Assembly (NCBI GenBank): GCA_963727485.1
Contig: CAVSGM010000002.1
Span: 1,472,001 to 1,536,000 of the forward strand
Direction: 5' to 3'
Length of the DNA: 64,000 bases
DNA from: an uncultured delta proteobacterium
GTDB lineage: Bacteria; Myxococcota; Myxococcia; SLRQ01
Below, one piece after another: positions 50,575-60,334 of this stretch. Position 1 is the stretch's first letter. Every line of letters begins with the position of its first letter. The translations under genes were made by a program, and so were the position numbers. Under the pieces are notes generated by a model. That model made no database searches, was not told the DNA's origin, and was given only the letters and a program-made list of their open reading frames with translations.

Positions 50575-52791
50575 ATGGCGGACACCACCGATCTCGTGGT
50601 CATCGGCGGCGGCCCCGCGGGTGGCCTGGTGGCGGCCCTGGTCCGGCAGCAGGACCCGGACCGCCGGGTGGTGCTCCTCGAGCGGGGACGGTTCCCCCGC
50701 CACCACGTCGGCGAGTCGTCGATCCCCTCGTGGCGGCCGATCCTCGAGCGGGCCGGGGTGCGGGAGAAGGTCGACGCCGCCATCCGCACCCGGAAGGTGG
50801 GCACCATCTTCTGGTGGGGCACCAGCGAGGATCGGACCTGGACCATCGACTTCCGCGACACCCGCACCGGCGGCGCGCCCCCGGCGAGCTACCAGCTCGA
50901 CCGCTCGGTCTTCGACCAGGTGCTCCTGGACCACGCCGCCGAGCTCGGGGCCGAGGTGCACCAGGAGGCCACGGTCACCGCGGTGACGCCCCTGGGCTCC
51001 GGGCGCCACCGGGTCACCTGGCAGGCCGGCGACGAGACCCACCACCTCGAAACCGACTACGTGGTCGACGCCTCGGGACAGGCGAGGCTCCTCGCCCGGC
51101 TCTTCCGCCTGCCCCTGGTGGGCTTCGACGACATGAACAACTTCGCCGTGGTCGGCTACTGGCGGGGGAGCAAGCTCGCCCAGTACGACTGGCCGGTGGC
51201 CGAGCACGAGCGCTGGACCTACATCGCCGCCTCCGACGACGGCTGGGTCTGGCACATCCCCCTCGACGGCGACCTCGTGAGCGTGGGGCTGGTAACCGAC
51301 GGAGACTCCCTGCCCAAGGGGGGCGCCTCCGAGCTCGAGGCCCACTACCTGCGCAACGTCCGCGCCTGCCCCCCGGTGGCGGCGCTCCTCGAGGACGCCA
51401 CCCTCGACCGCCACCCCCTGGCCCCCCAGGCCCTGACCACGGTGCGGGACTGGTCCTATCACTGCGAGGAGGCCTGCGGCCCCGGGTGGTTCGTCGCCGG
51501 CGACGCGGCGGTGTTCGTGGATCCGGTGCTCTCCAGCGGGATGCTACTGGCGGCCAACGGCGCGTCCATGGCCGCCAACGCCCTCCACACCCTGTGGCGC
51601 GACCCGGCGGTGGACCCGGCCCTGCTCCGCCGCAGCTACACCGATACCTACCGGGACATGGCCGGCAGCTACCACCGCCTGGCGCGCATCTGGTACGCCC
51701 GGAACTTCAAGGCCTCCACCTGGCACTGGGAGGCCAAGCGCCAGCGGCTGATGGCCGGGGGCCGCGCCGACGCCGAGACCGACGCCCGCGCGTTCCTCGC
51801 CCTCTGCCTCGGCTCGTTCACCAACCCCCTGGAGGCGGCGATCCGCGGGGATCGGGGAGACCTGCTCCGGCCCGACGCCCGGATCTACGCCGGCCACCTC
51901 TTCGCCGACGACGTCCGCGACAATCCCCTCTACGCCGTCCTCGACGACGCCACCGAGACCGGCGCCACCGAGACCGAGACCCGGGCGGCAATCCGGGCCG
52001 ACACCGCCCGGCAGTGGCAGCGGATGCTCCATGCCCGCCCCCGCCTCAATCACTGCACCTGGGAGACCCGGGAGAGCTACGTCACCGACGGGTACCTCAA
52101 TCACTGGGAGCGGGTGCGGCTCATCGAGGTCCGGGCCCGCGCCGAGGACGACGCCTTCGGGCGGGTGATCCTGCCCTCCCCCGAGGTCGCCCGGGACGGG
52201 GTGCTGCCCTTCCTCGACGGGCGGCGCACCCTCGCCGAGGCGCTGGAGGCGGCGGCCGCGGACACCCCGGTGGGCTCCCAGGCCTACGACGAGCTCCTCG
52301 AGGGCCTCCAGTACCAGATCTTCCAGCTCGACTTCCGCTGCTGGCTCGACGGGGTGGCCGAGGCCCCGCCGGCGCCGACCCCCGAGGCCCTGCCCGCGCC
52401 CCTCGAGGCGGTGCTCCGGGGCGAGACCGGCGGGCCGGCGGCGCGCTTGGAGATCGGGCTGCTGGGAGAGACGGCGACGGTGCGCTTCGAGGACGACTCG
52501 GCGCCCTGGACCCTCACCCGCCTCGACCGCTCGCCCGAGGGCTACCGCTACGCCGCCTCGGCGACCACCGCCTTCGCCTACCGGGGCCGTGACCTGGCCC
52601 CCGAGGCCCGGGCGCGCCTCGACGACCTGGTGGCGGCGCTCCGGCGCCTCGAGGCATCGGACCCGGAGGGCGCGGACGGCCTCTGGCCCCGGATCCTCGG
52701 GCCCCGGGCCGGGGAGGTGGTGGCGCCGGCCGCCGCTGCCGAGCTCCCCGACCTCACCGAGCCGCCCCCGGCCGTCGACGGGGTCGGGTGA
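50575..52791 (+). CDS. Flavin-dependent halogenase 2 with PqqD/RRE-like and accessory C-terminal domains
   Basis: GGGPAG, HVGES, RKVG Lys, GWVWHIP, GDAAVFVDPVLSSG; FLDGRRTLAE in the extension. Confidence 0.88.
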   Translation: MADTTDLVVIGGGPAGGLVAALVRQQDPDRRVVLLERGRFPRHHVGESSIPSWRPILERAGVREKVDAAIRTRKVGTIFWWGTSEDRTWTIDFRDTRTGGAPPASYQLDRSVFDQVLLDHAAELGAEVHQEATVTAVTPLGSGRHRVTWQAGDETHHLETDYVVDASGQARLLARLFRLPLVGFDDMNNFAVVGYWRGSKLAQYDWPVAEHERWTYIAASDDGWVWHIPLDGDLVSVGLVTDGDSLPKGGASELEAHYLRNVRACPPVAALLEDATLDRHPLAPQALTTVRDWSYHCEEACGPGWFVAGDAAVFVDPVLSSGMLLAANGASMAANALHTLWRDPAVDPALLRRSYTDTYRDMAGSYHRLARIWYARNFKASTWHWEAKRQRLMAGGRADAETDARAFLALCLGSFTNPLEAAIRGDRGDLLRPDARIYAGHLFADDVRDNPLYAVLDDATETGATETETRAAIRADTARQWQRMLHARPRLNHCTWETRESYVTDGYLNHWERVRLIEVRARAEDDAFGRVILPSPEVARDGVLPFLDGRRTLAEALEAAAADTPVGSQAYDELLEGLQYQIFQLDFRCWLDGVAEAPPAPTPEALPAPLEAVLRGETGGPAARLEIGLLGETATVRFEDDSAPWTLTRLDRSPEGYRYAASATTAFAYRGRDLAPEARARLDDLVAALRRLEASDPEGADGLWPRILGPRAGEVVAPAAAAELPDLTEPPPAVDGVG

Positions 52792-54647
52792 CGGCCATGC
52801 GGACCCAGCGCGTCGCCACCAACGAGACCTGCAACCAGAACTGCCCGTTCTGCAACGCCCGGCGTCCGGCCGAGGACCCGGCGTTCGTGGCCCGGTCCCG
52901 GGTCCTGGAGCGCATCGCAGGGGCCGCGGGCGCCGAGGAGCTGGTGCTCACCGGCGGCGAGCCCACCCTCCGCCGGGACCTCCCGGCGCTCATCGCCGCC
53001 GCCCGGGACGCCGGCGCCGGGTCGGTGGTCCTGGAGACCAACGCCACGGTGGTGGACGCCGCCCGGGCCCGGGGCCTCGCCGAGGCGGGCCTCACGCTGG
53101 CCCGGGTCCACCTGCCGGGCTGGGGCGACGCCTACGAGTCGGTGACCCGCAATCCCGGGAGCTTCGCGGCGGCCCTCGCCGGCGTCCGGGCCCTCGCCGG
53201 CGCCGGGGTGGCGGTGGAGCTTGCCGTGCCCCTGGTGGCGGGAACCCTGGACGCGGCCCCGACGATCCCGGCGGCGGTGCAGGAGGCCGGCCTCCCGGTG
53301 CGGGCCCTGGTCCTCGGCTGGCCCGTCGAGGGCCCCGATCCGGGTGCCCTCCTCGCCCCCGGGGACGCCGCCGCGGCGGTGGAGGCGGTGGAGGCCGAGG
53401 CCCGGCGGGTGGACCTGCCGGTGCGCCTCGCCGACGACGCGGCCCTGCCCCCGTGCCTCTTCGCCCACCCGGCCCGGGTGGCCCACCTCTTCAGCCTCAC
53501 CCGGGGCGGCAGCGCCCGGCCGGGGCTCGCCCACCTGCCCGCCTGCGACGGCTGCGCCGTCCGCGACCGGTGCCCGGGCCTCGCCGAGGCGACCCTCGCC
53601 CGGCACCCGGACCTCGAGGTCACACCCATCGTCGAGGACCGCCTCCGGCGCCGGCTCTCCACCATCGCCGACGTGGGCGCCCAGGTGGACCGGGAGCTCT
53701 ACCAGGACGACATGTACCGCCGGGAGACCGGCGAGGCGGTGCCCTCGCGGATCGTCCGGGTGAACTTCCGCTGCAACCAGGCGTGCACCTTCTGCTTCGT
53801 CTCCACCCACCTCCCCGCCGCCGACGACGCCGCGGTGGAGGCGGCAATCGTGGAGATGGCGCGCCAGGGCGGGGTGGTGGTCCTCTCGGGCGGCGAGCCC
53901 ACCCTCAACCGCCGGCTCCTCGACTACGTGCGCCTCGCCCGCCGGGAGGGCGCCCCGGAGGTGGAGCTGCAGACCAACGCCATCAACCTCGGGGACCGGG
54001 CGCGGGTCGACGCCCTGGTCGAAGCCGGGGTGACCCAGACCTTCATCTCCCTCCACGGGCCCACCGCCGCCATCTCCGACACGGTGACCCGGGCCCCGGG
54101 GACCTTCGAGAAGACCGTCGCCGGCATCGACCAGGTGGTGGCCGCCGGCCTCACCGCCCGGCTGAACTTCGTGTTCTGCCAGGCCAACCTCGAGAGCTTC
54201 CCCGACCACGTGGACCTGGTGGCCCGGCGCTGGCCCGGCGCCGAGCTCGCCGTGAGCTTCGTCGCCGCCTCCACCGACGTGGTCCCCCGGAGCCGCGAGC
54301 TGGTCCCCCGCTACGTCGAGGTCCTCCCGGCCCTCGCCGAGGGGATGCGCCGGGCCGAGGCCACGGGCCTCAGGGTCCTGGGCTTCGAGTCCATGTGTGG
54401 CATCCCCTTGTGCCTGGTGCCCCGGAGCCTCGAGAACTACCTCGACCTCGCCACCGTGCCCCCGGGCTTCGACCAGGGCGAGTTCCTCCACGCCGAGGCC
54501 TGCGAGGGCTGTGACCTCAAGGGCCGGTGCTTCGGGATCCGCCGGGGCTACGCCGAGCTCTACGGCACCAGCGAGTTCCAGGCGGTGCGGCTCAGCGACT
54601 CGGCGGCAGACGGTCCAGGTCCCGGGTCCCCGCCGCCAGGGGGCTGA
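52788..54647 (+). CDS. Tandem double radical SAM protein (HxsC-like domains)
   Basis: CNQNCPFC and CNQACTFC, two GGEPT, each domain followed by CxxCx5CxG. Confidence 0.9.
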   Translation: MTAMRTQRVATNETCNQNCPFCNARRPAEDPAFVARSRVLERIAGAAGAEELVLTGGEPTLRRDLPALIAAARDAGAGSVVLETNATVVDAARARGLAEAGLTLARVHLPGWGDAYESVTRNPGSFAAALAGVRALAGAGVAVELAVPLVAGTLDAAPTIPAAVQEAGLPVRALVLGWPVEGPDPGALLAPGDAAAAVEAVEAEARRVDLPVRLADDAALPPCLFAHPARVAHLFSLTRGGSARPGLAHLPACDGCAVRDRCPGLAEATLARHPDLEVTPIVEDRLRRRLSTIADVGAQVDRELYQDDMYRRETGEAVPSRIVRVNFRCNQACTFCFVSTHLPAADDAAVEAAIVEMARQGGVVVLSGGEPTLNRRLLDYVRLARREGAPEVELQTNAINLGDRARVDALVEAGVTQTFISLHGPTAAISDTVTRAPGTFEKTVAGIDQVVAAGLTARLNFVFCQANLESFPDHVDLVARRWPGAELAVSFVAASTDVVPRSRELVPRYVEVLPALAEGMRRAEATGLRVLGFESMCGIPLCLVPRSLENYLDLATVPPGFDQGEFLHAEACEGCDLKGRCFGIRRGYAELYGTSEFQAVRLSDSAADGPGPGSPPPGG

Positions 54648-56946
54648 CCTCCAGGGGCAGGCCCAGGGCCGCGCACCGGGCCGAGAGGCGATCCACCGCG
54701 GCGGCGGCGTCGGCGAGGCGGTCGAGGCCGACCGCGTCGAGGGCGACCTCCAGGCGCAGCTGGCCGGCCCCGAGCGTCCGGGCGAGGTCCGCGTAGTCGG
54801 CGACGGCGTCGAGGACACCGGCGGAGAGGGGTAGCCGCAGCTCCAGGCCTTCGAGCCCCGCCGCCGTCAGCGCCCGGATCCCCGCCACCGCCTGGTCGAA
54901 GCCCCCGGGGTCCCGGCTGCAGGCGTCGGCGAGGTCGGCCCGGGGGCCGAAAAGCTTGACGCTGGCCCCGGCGAGGCCCGCGCGCACCGCCGCCTCGGCG
55001 AAGCCGGGCACCGAGAACCGCCGGCCGTTGGTCACCACCGCCACCGTGCGTCGGTCCTCCCCCCGGGCGCGGCGTACCAGGGCCAGGAACCGCGGGTGGA
55101 CCGAGGGCTCGCGGCCGGCGAGGATCACCGGGCGCCCCGTGGTCCGGGCGGCGTCGACCCGGGCGGCGGCGGCGGCCTCGGCGTCGTCGAGCCAGCGGTC
55201 CCGGTGGGCGCAGGTGGGGCAGCCGTTGTTGCAGGCCCCGGCGAAGGCCACCAGGGCGCCGTGGTCGCTGGTGCCGCGGGGGGGTGCGCCTGCCGGGCGC
55301 GCCGGGGACAGGAGGGCGTCGAGGCGGGCCCCGAGGGCGTCGAGGCCGGCGACGACCCGGTCGGCGAGGGCGGGCACCGCCGCCTCGTCGCCGGCGTGCC
55401 GCCGGGCGAAGGCCACCGCGGCGGCGAGCTGCCCGGCCTCGGTCTCGTGGCCCAGGCGATCCCGGAGGCGTCGCGAGAGCCGTAGGCGAGCCGGGTCCCC
55501 GGCTCGAGGAAGCGCCAGGGGTGCTCGGGGTTGTAGCCCTTGCGCCGGCCAGCCCCGGCGTCGCCGTCGTCCCAGTGGTCGAGGAGGGCCCCGTCCCGGC
55601 GCGCGGCGTGGGTGATGGGCAGGTCGTGGTAGAGTCGCAGGCGGTTTCTGCCGAGCTCGTCGAAGAGCTCGCCGAGGCCGTGGCGGCGGAGGCGTCCCAG
55701 GCTCTCGTCGAGGTCGTCGAGGCTGGTCCAGGGGCTCCAGAGGATGAGGCTGTGGCCCCGGGCCCGGGCGTAATCGAAGGCGCCGGGGTGGTCCGCGGCG
55801 AGCTTGCGCATCGCCGCGATGGAGGCGACCAGGGCCTCGGCGTCGAGGCCCTTGTTGTAACGGACGAGCTCCCGATCGCTGAAGCTCTCGAAGCCGGTGA
55901 GGTAGAGCTCCACGGTCTGGCCGGTCTCCTCGGCGGCGGCGATGGCGGCCTCGGCGAGGCGGCGCTGGCGCCCGAAGGCGTCGGCCCGGGCGGCGAAGAG
56001 CCAGCGCACGGGCGGCACCCCCGCGGCCCGGGCCGCCCGGACCAGGTCGCCGAGGTAGCGCAGGGCCGCCTGGTCCCCGAGGACCAGCTCCTCGAGGTCG
56101 GGGGTCCGGTCGGCGAGGTAGCGCGCCTGGTCCACCAGCTCGGCGACCACCTCGGGGGCCGGGCGCTTCTGGTAGTCGCCGCCCATGGCGCAGAAGGCGC
56201 ACCCGAGCCGGGCGATGCCGGCGCCCTCCGGGAGCGCCACCCCGGCGTAGTGGGGGTTCGCCGCGGGGTCCTCGGCGTAGGGGCACCCCACGTCGCCGAA
56301 GAGGGTGCGCCGCACCACCTTCGGCGCCGGCTCGAGGCAGATGACGTCCTGGTCGAGGACCGGGGCGTAGGGCACCGCCGGTGCCGGGTCCGCCGGGGGC
56401 CCGGCCACCACCTCGCCGCCGGCACCCACCACCGTCACGCCCGGCGCCCCCCGGACCTCGGCGCCCCGGGAGAGGCGTTCGACCAGGGCGGCGAAGCCCG
56501 CCTGGAGCTCGGGGATCGTGGGCGTCCGGCGGGTGACGCCGCCCCGGGAGGTCCCCACCGCGAGGCCCACCGCGTAGCGGATCCCCTCGGAGACGTCGAA
56601 GGACTCGCCCCGGGACACCAGGACGCTGGCGGCGCCGGGTCGCCGGCGGAGGTGGGCGGCGATGGGCGCCGGGATCGAGGAGGCAATCGACGACCACGAG
56701 GTCCACCTGGTGGGCCTCGAGCCACTCCTCGAGGCGCCGGGCCACCTCCCGGTCCCGGCCCGGATCCCGGCCGTCGTAGTAGACGCGCACCACCCGGCCC
56801 CGGTGGCCGGCCCGGCGGGCGTCGGCGCACAGGAGGCCCAGCAGGGTGTCGGGGAAGAAGCCGTCGGCGGGCTCGCCGTAGGGGAGCACGAACCCCAGGG
56901 AGAGGGACCGGGTCTCGGCCGGCGTCTCGGTGGCTCGGTGGGTCAT
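54592..56946 (-). CDS. Two-domain radical SAM protein with a split CX27CX2C motif and a C-terminal canonical domain; frameshifts near 56660 and 55488
   Basis: GCPY...GCAFC, GFESFS, YNKG, ILWSPWT; then CNNGCPTC, GREP, VTNGR. Confidence 0.78.
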   Translation of the reverse strand: MTHRATETPAETRSLSLGFVLPYGEPADGFFPDTLLGLLCADARRAGHRGRVVRVYYDGRDPGRDREVARRLEEWLEAHQVDLVVVDCLLDPGAHRRPPPPATRRRQRPGVPGRVLRRLRGDPLRGGPRGGDLPGRRHPPDAHDPRAPGGLRRPGRTPLPGRRGPGGAGRDGGGCRRRGGGRAPGGPGTGGALRPGPRPGRHLPRAGAEGGAAHPLRRRGVPLRRGPRGEPPLRRGGAPGGRRHRPARVRLLRHGRRLPEAPGPRGGRRAGGPGALPRRPDPRPRGAGPRGPGGPALPRRPGPGGPGRGGAARALALRRPGRRLRAPAPPRRGRHRRRRGDRPDRGALPHRLRELQRSGARPLQQGPRRRGPGRLHRGDAQARRGPPRRLRLRPGPGPQPHPLEPLDQPRRPRREPGTPPPPRPRRALRRARQKPPATLPRPAHHPRRAPGRGPPRPLGRRRRRGWPAQGLQPRAPLALPRAGDPARLRLSRRLRDRLGHETEAGQLAAAVAFARRHAGDEAAVPALADRVVAGLDALGARLDALLSPARPAGAPPRGTSDHGALVAFAGACNNGCPTCAHRDRWLDDAEAAAAARVDAARTTGRPVILAGREPSVHPRFLALVRRARGEDRRTVAVVTNGRRFSVPGFAEAAVRAGLAGASVKLFGPRADLADACSRDPGGFDQAVAGIRALTAAGLEGLELRLPLSAGVLDAVADYADLARTLGAGQLRLEVALDAVGLDRLADAAAAVDRLSARCAALGLPLEVSPLAAGTRDLDRLPPSR

Positions 56947-57098
56947 GGGCGCGGCGGGGCCCGGGGACCGGGGCCGACGCGACGACCATAGCCCCGGGGG
57001 CGCGAGGCGAACAACGGGGCCCCGGGCCGCCCTGGCGACCGGTCGCGCGGCCATGCTAGCGTCTCCTCGCCGTCCGCGCCCGGTGGCAGCCGACCCCG

Positions 57099-60000
57099 AT
57101 GACGTCCCCTCCAACCAAGGTCGCGCCCCCCGAGACCGGGGCCGTGGTGGTCCTGGGGAGCACCGGGCGCCTGGGGCCCGCGGTGCTCCGCGCCCTGGCT
57201 CCCCGGCCGGTGCGGGGCCTCTCCCGTCGCCTCCCGGGCCCCGACGAGGCGAAGGCACCGGTCTTCGTCGAGGCCGACCGCCGGGATCCCGAGGCCCTCC
57301 GCCGGCTGGTGGACGGGGCGGCGGCGGTGGTGGACCTCCTCGCCTTCGACGCCGGGGACGCCGACGCCCTCCTGCAGGCGGTGGCCGCCGCCGACGCGCC
57401 GCCAGGCCACCTGGTCTTCGTCTCCTCGGTCGCCGAGCTCGACCGCCCCCGGCCCGGCGCCCCGGCGGGCCCCGACGGCGCCTACGGCCGGGGCAAGCGC
57501 GCCGCCCGGCGGCGCTACGAGGCCGGCTTCCCCGGGACCGTCCACACCCTGGTGCTCCCGCGCCTGGTCGCCGAGGTCGACCCGGGCCTGCGCGACCGGC
57601 CCTACCTGGAGAGCGCGGCCGGGGGACGGGTCCTGGTCGCCGGGGACGGGTCTCAGCGCCAGACCGTGGCCCCGGTGGTCGGGGTCGCCGAGGTCGTCCG
57701 CCGCCTGGTCGACGACCCGAACGCCCTGCCCCCGGGGCCGGTGGTGGTGGGCCCGCCGGCGCCGGTGACGGTGTCCGAGCTGGTCGAGGCCCTCCTCGCC
57801 GGCGCGGGCCTCGAGGTGCCCCTGGCCCGGCACCCGGACCGGGACTGGCGCGGCCCCCACGGCGGCGGCGACGAGAATCCACGACACCTCGGCCCTCGCC
57901 CGGGCCTTCCCCGACCTCGCCTGGCCCGATCCCCGGGCGGTGAGCCGGCGCCACGGCGCCTGGCTGTGCCGGCACCTCCCCGAGGAAGCGCGGCCCCGGG
58001 ACACGGTGCAACAGCGCCAGAAGGCCTTCCGGGGGCACCGGGTGGTCGACGTCCACGGCGTCCGGGAGCCGCCGGCGCTCGCCGAGCCCCGCCCCGAGCT
58101 CGCCGAGCTCGCCGGGTGGCTCTCGCCGGCCTTCTACGTCGACACCGGCCGCCCCTGCAACGCCGCCTGCCTCTACTGCGCGGTCTCCCCCCACGCGGAC
58201 ACCGAGGGGTTCACGCCGCTCTCACGCTTCGACGACATGATCGCCGCCGGAAAGGCCGCCGGGGCCACCCGGGCGATCCTCATCGGCGGCGAGCCCACCA
58301 TCCACCCCCAGCTCGACGCCCTCCTCGGCCTTCTCGCCGACGCCGGGCTCCCCCGGGGGCACGTGATCATGACCAACGGCCTGCGCCTCGCCGACCCGGC
58401 GCGGGTCGACGCCCTGGTGGCCGGGGGCGTCGAGACCTTCCACCTGTCCATCGACACCGCGGACCCGGCGGTCTACCGGCGCCTCGCTCGCGGTGCCGGG
58501 CGTCTTCAGACCCAGCACCAGGCCCTCGACGGCCTCCTCCGGCGCTCGGAGCTGAACGTCTACGTCTACACCTGCGTCTCCCGGATGAACGCCCCGGGGC
58601 TCGGCGACCTCCTCGCCGACGTCGCTCGCCGGGCCGGGGCCGCCGGCCGGGCCCCGCCCCCGGTGGTCCTGGGCTTCGCCAAGCCCATCGGCGACGGCCT
58701 CACCCACGCCGACGCCCTCATCCCGCCCCCGGCCAATCGGGCCCGCATCGCCCGAGCGGCGGTGGCCGAGGCCGACCGCCTCGGGGTCCCCCTCGGCCTG
58801 CGCAACCTCCAGTCGTGCCTCGCCCCGGAGCTGGTGCGCCGCTCGGTGGACTACTACCTCGAGGACTTCTCGGTGGACCTGGAGCGACGGTCCCGGGTCC
58901 CCTACGCCCACGCCGAGTACTGGCGCCAGGGGGCGCCCTGCCACGCCTGCGCCGACCGGGGGGTGTGCACGGGGATCTACGAGGATGACCTCTCGCGGTT
59001 CGGGGCCGACGCCTTCCGGGCCCTCGCCGAGGACCCGGCCCTGGCGTCGCCGGCGCCGGTGCCCCCCGACGCGCCGCGGGAGGCGCCCGCCCGGGAGGAC
59101 GACGCGCCGGCGGTGGGTGACGCGTGGGAGGCGGGTGACGGACCGGAGGTGGACGACGCGCCGGCGGTGGGGATCCTGCGCCTGGCGGCCGCCGGCCACC
59201 GGCGCTTCCTCCTGCTGACCGAGGACCCGGCCGGCGCGCGCCCCTGCCTTGCCCGGGCCGGGGGCTTCGGCCTCTCCTACGAGGGCACCCTCTCGCCCCC
59301 GGCGCTCCGGGACACGGTGGTGTCCCTGGGCCAGCGCTTCGCCGCCGGGCCCCAGGACCCGGGCCCCCTCGACCGGGCCGTCGACCTGCTCCGCCGGGCC
59401 GCCGGCCCGGGCGCCGACCTCACCGAGGTGCGCCGCCTCCCCCGGGGGCAGCGCCTGGCCCGGTGGTCGCCCCGCCGGCGCCACGCGCCCCCGGCGACGG
59501 GCCCAGCCCTCTGGCCCTTCAATCCCGAGGTCCTGGGCCTCGTGGCGGGGACCCGGCGCCTGCTCAAGCGCGAGGTGGCCCGGGGCGACGACGCCGACAC
59601 CGAGACCGCGCGCCTCGTCGCCCGGGGCCTGGCGGTGCGAGCGGTGGACACCGGGGAGGCGGTGGTGCTCCTCGCCGCGCGGGAGGCCGGGGAGGCCGCC
59701 GCCGCCGAGGACGCCGAGCGCGCCCTGGGCCGGGGCGACGACGCCGACGCGGTCCGGCACCTGGGCGAGGCGCTCGGCTACCCGGCCTGCTGCGTGGCGG
59801 CAATCCAGGACGTGGGCAGCCACGACGACCTCACCCTCCGGGCCACCTGCCTCCCGCCCGCGGGCACGGCCCCGGCGCCGCCCCAGACCCAGTGGCTCCT
59901 CCCCGCCCTGGCCCTGGTGTCCCACGTCCCCTGCGGCCTCGACTGCGCGGCCACCTCGGCCCTGGCCAATCGCCTCCTCGCCGCCCTCGACGCCGACTGC

Positions 60001-60279
60001 CCGGGCTTCGCCGACCGCTGGCGGGCCCTGGCCCGGCGCCTCCACCTGGTGGACCGCGAGGGCCGCGCCTTCTCCCTGGCCCTCGAGCCCGGGCCCCTCG
60101 ACGGCGGCCGGGTGGTGGACGCCCTGCACCTGGCCCTCGACCCCTCGGCCCCGGGCGGGGTCCGCCTGGTGCCCCGGGGCGACCTCGCCGGCGCCCGGGT
60201 GGCGCTCTCGGCGGCGGGCGTGGCCCTCCGGGGGGCCGGCGCCCTCGAGGCCGCCCTCGCCGCCGACCACCGGGGGTAG
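57099..60279 (+). CDS. Fusion of an SDR/epimerase-like domain, radical SAM, accessory domain and GYPxCC (DUF483-like) domain; +1 frameshift near 57877
   Basis: GSTGRLG and YGRGK; CNAACLYC, GGEPT, CHAC-x5-CTG; LGYPACC and HVPCGLDC. Confidence 0.82.
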
Positions 60280-60334
60280 GTCCGTCCCGGGGCCGCCTCG
60301 ACACGGGGACGAGCCCTCGGCGAGACTTGGGCCC

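Noticed and set aside
7871..60279. Calling the frameshifted CNNM, kinase, histidine kinase, M16, halogenase, MBL and radical SAM genes pseudogenes
   Set aside because: Each break is a single-base indel, mostly at the same motif, with no other decay; sequencing error is more parsimonious
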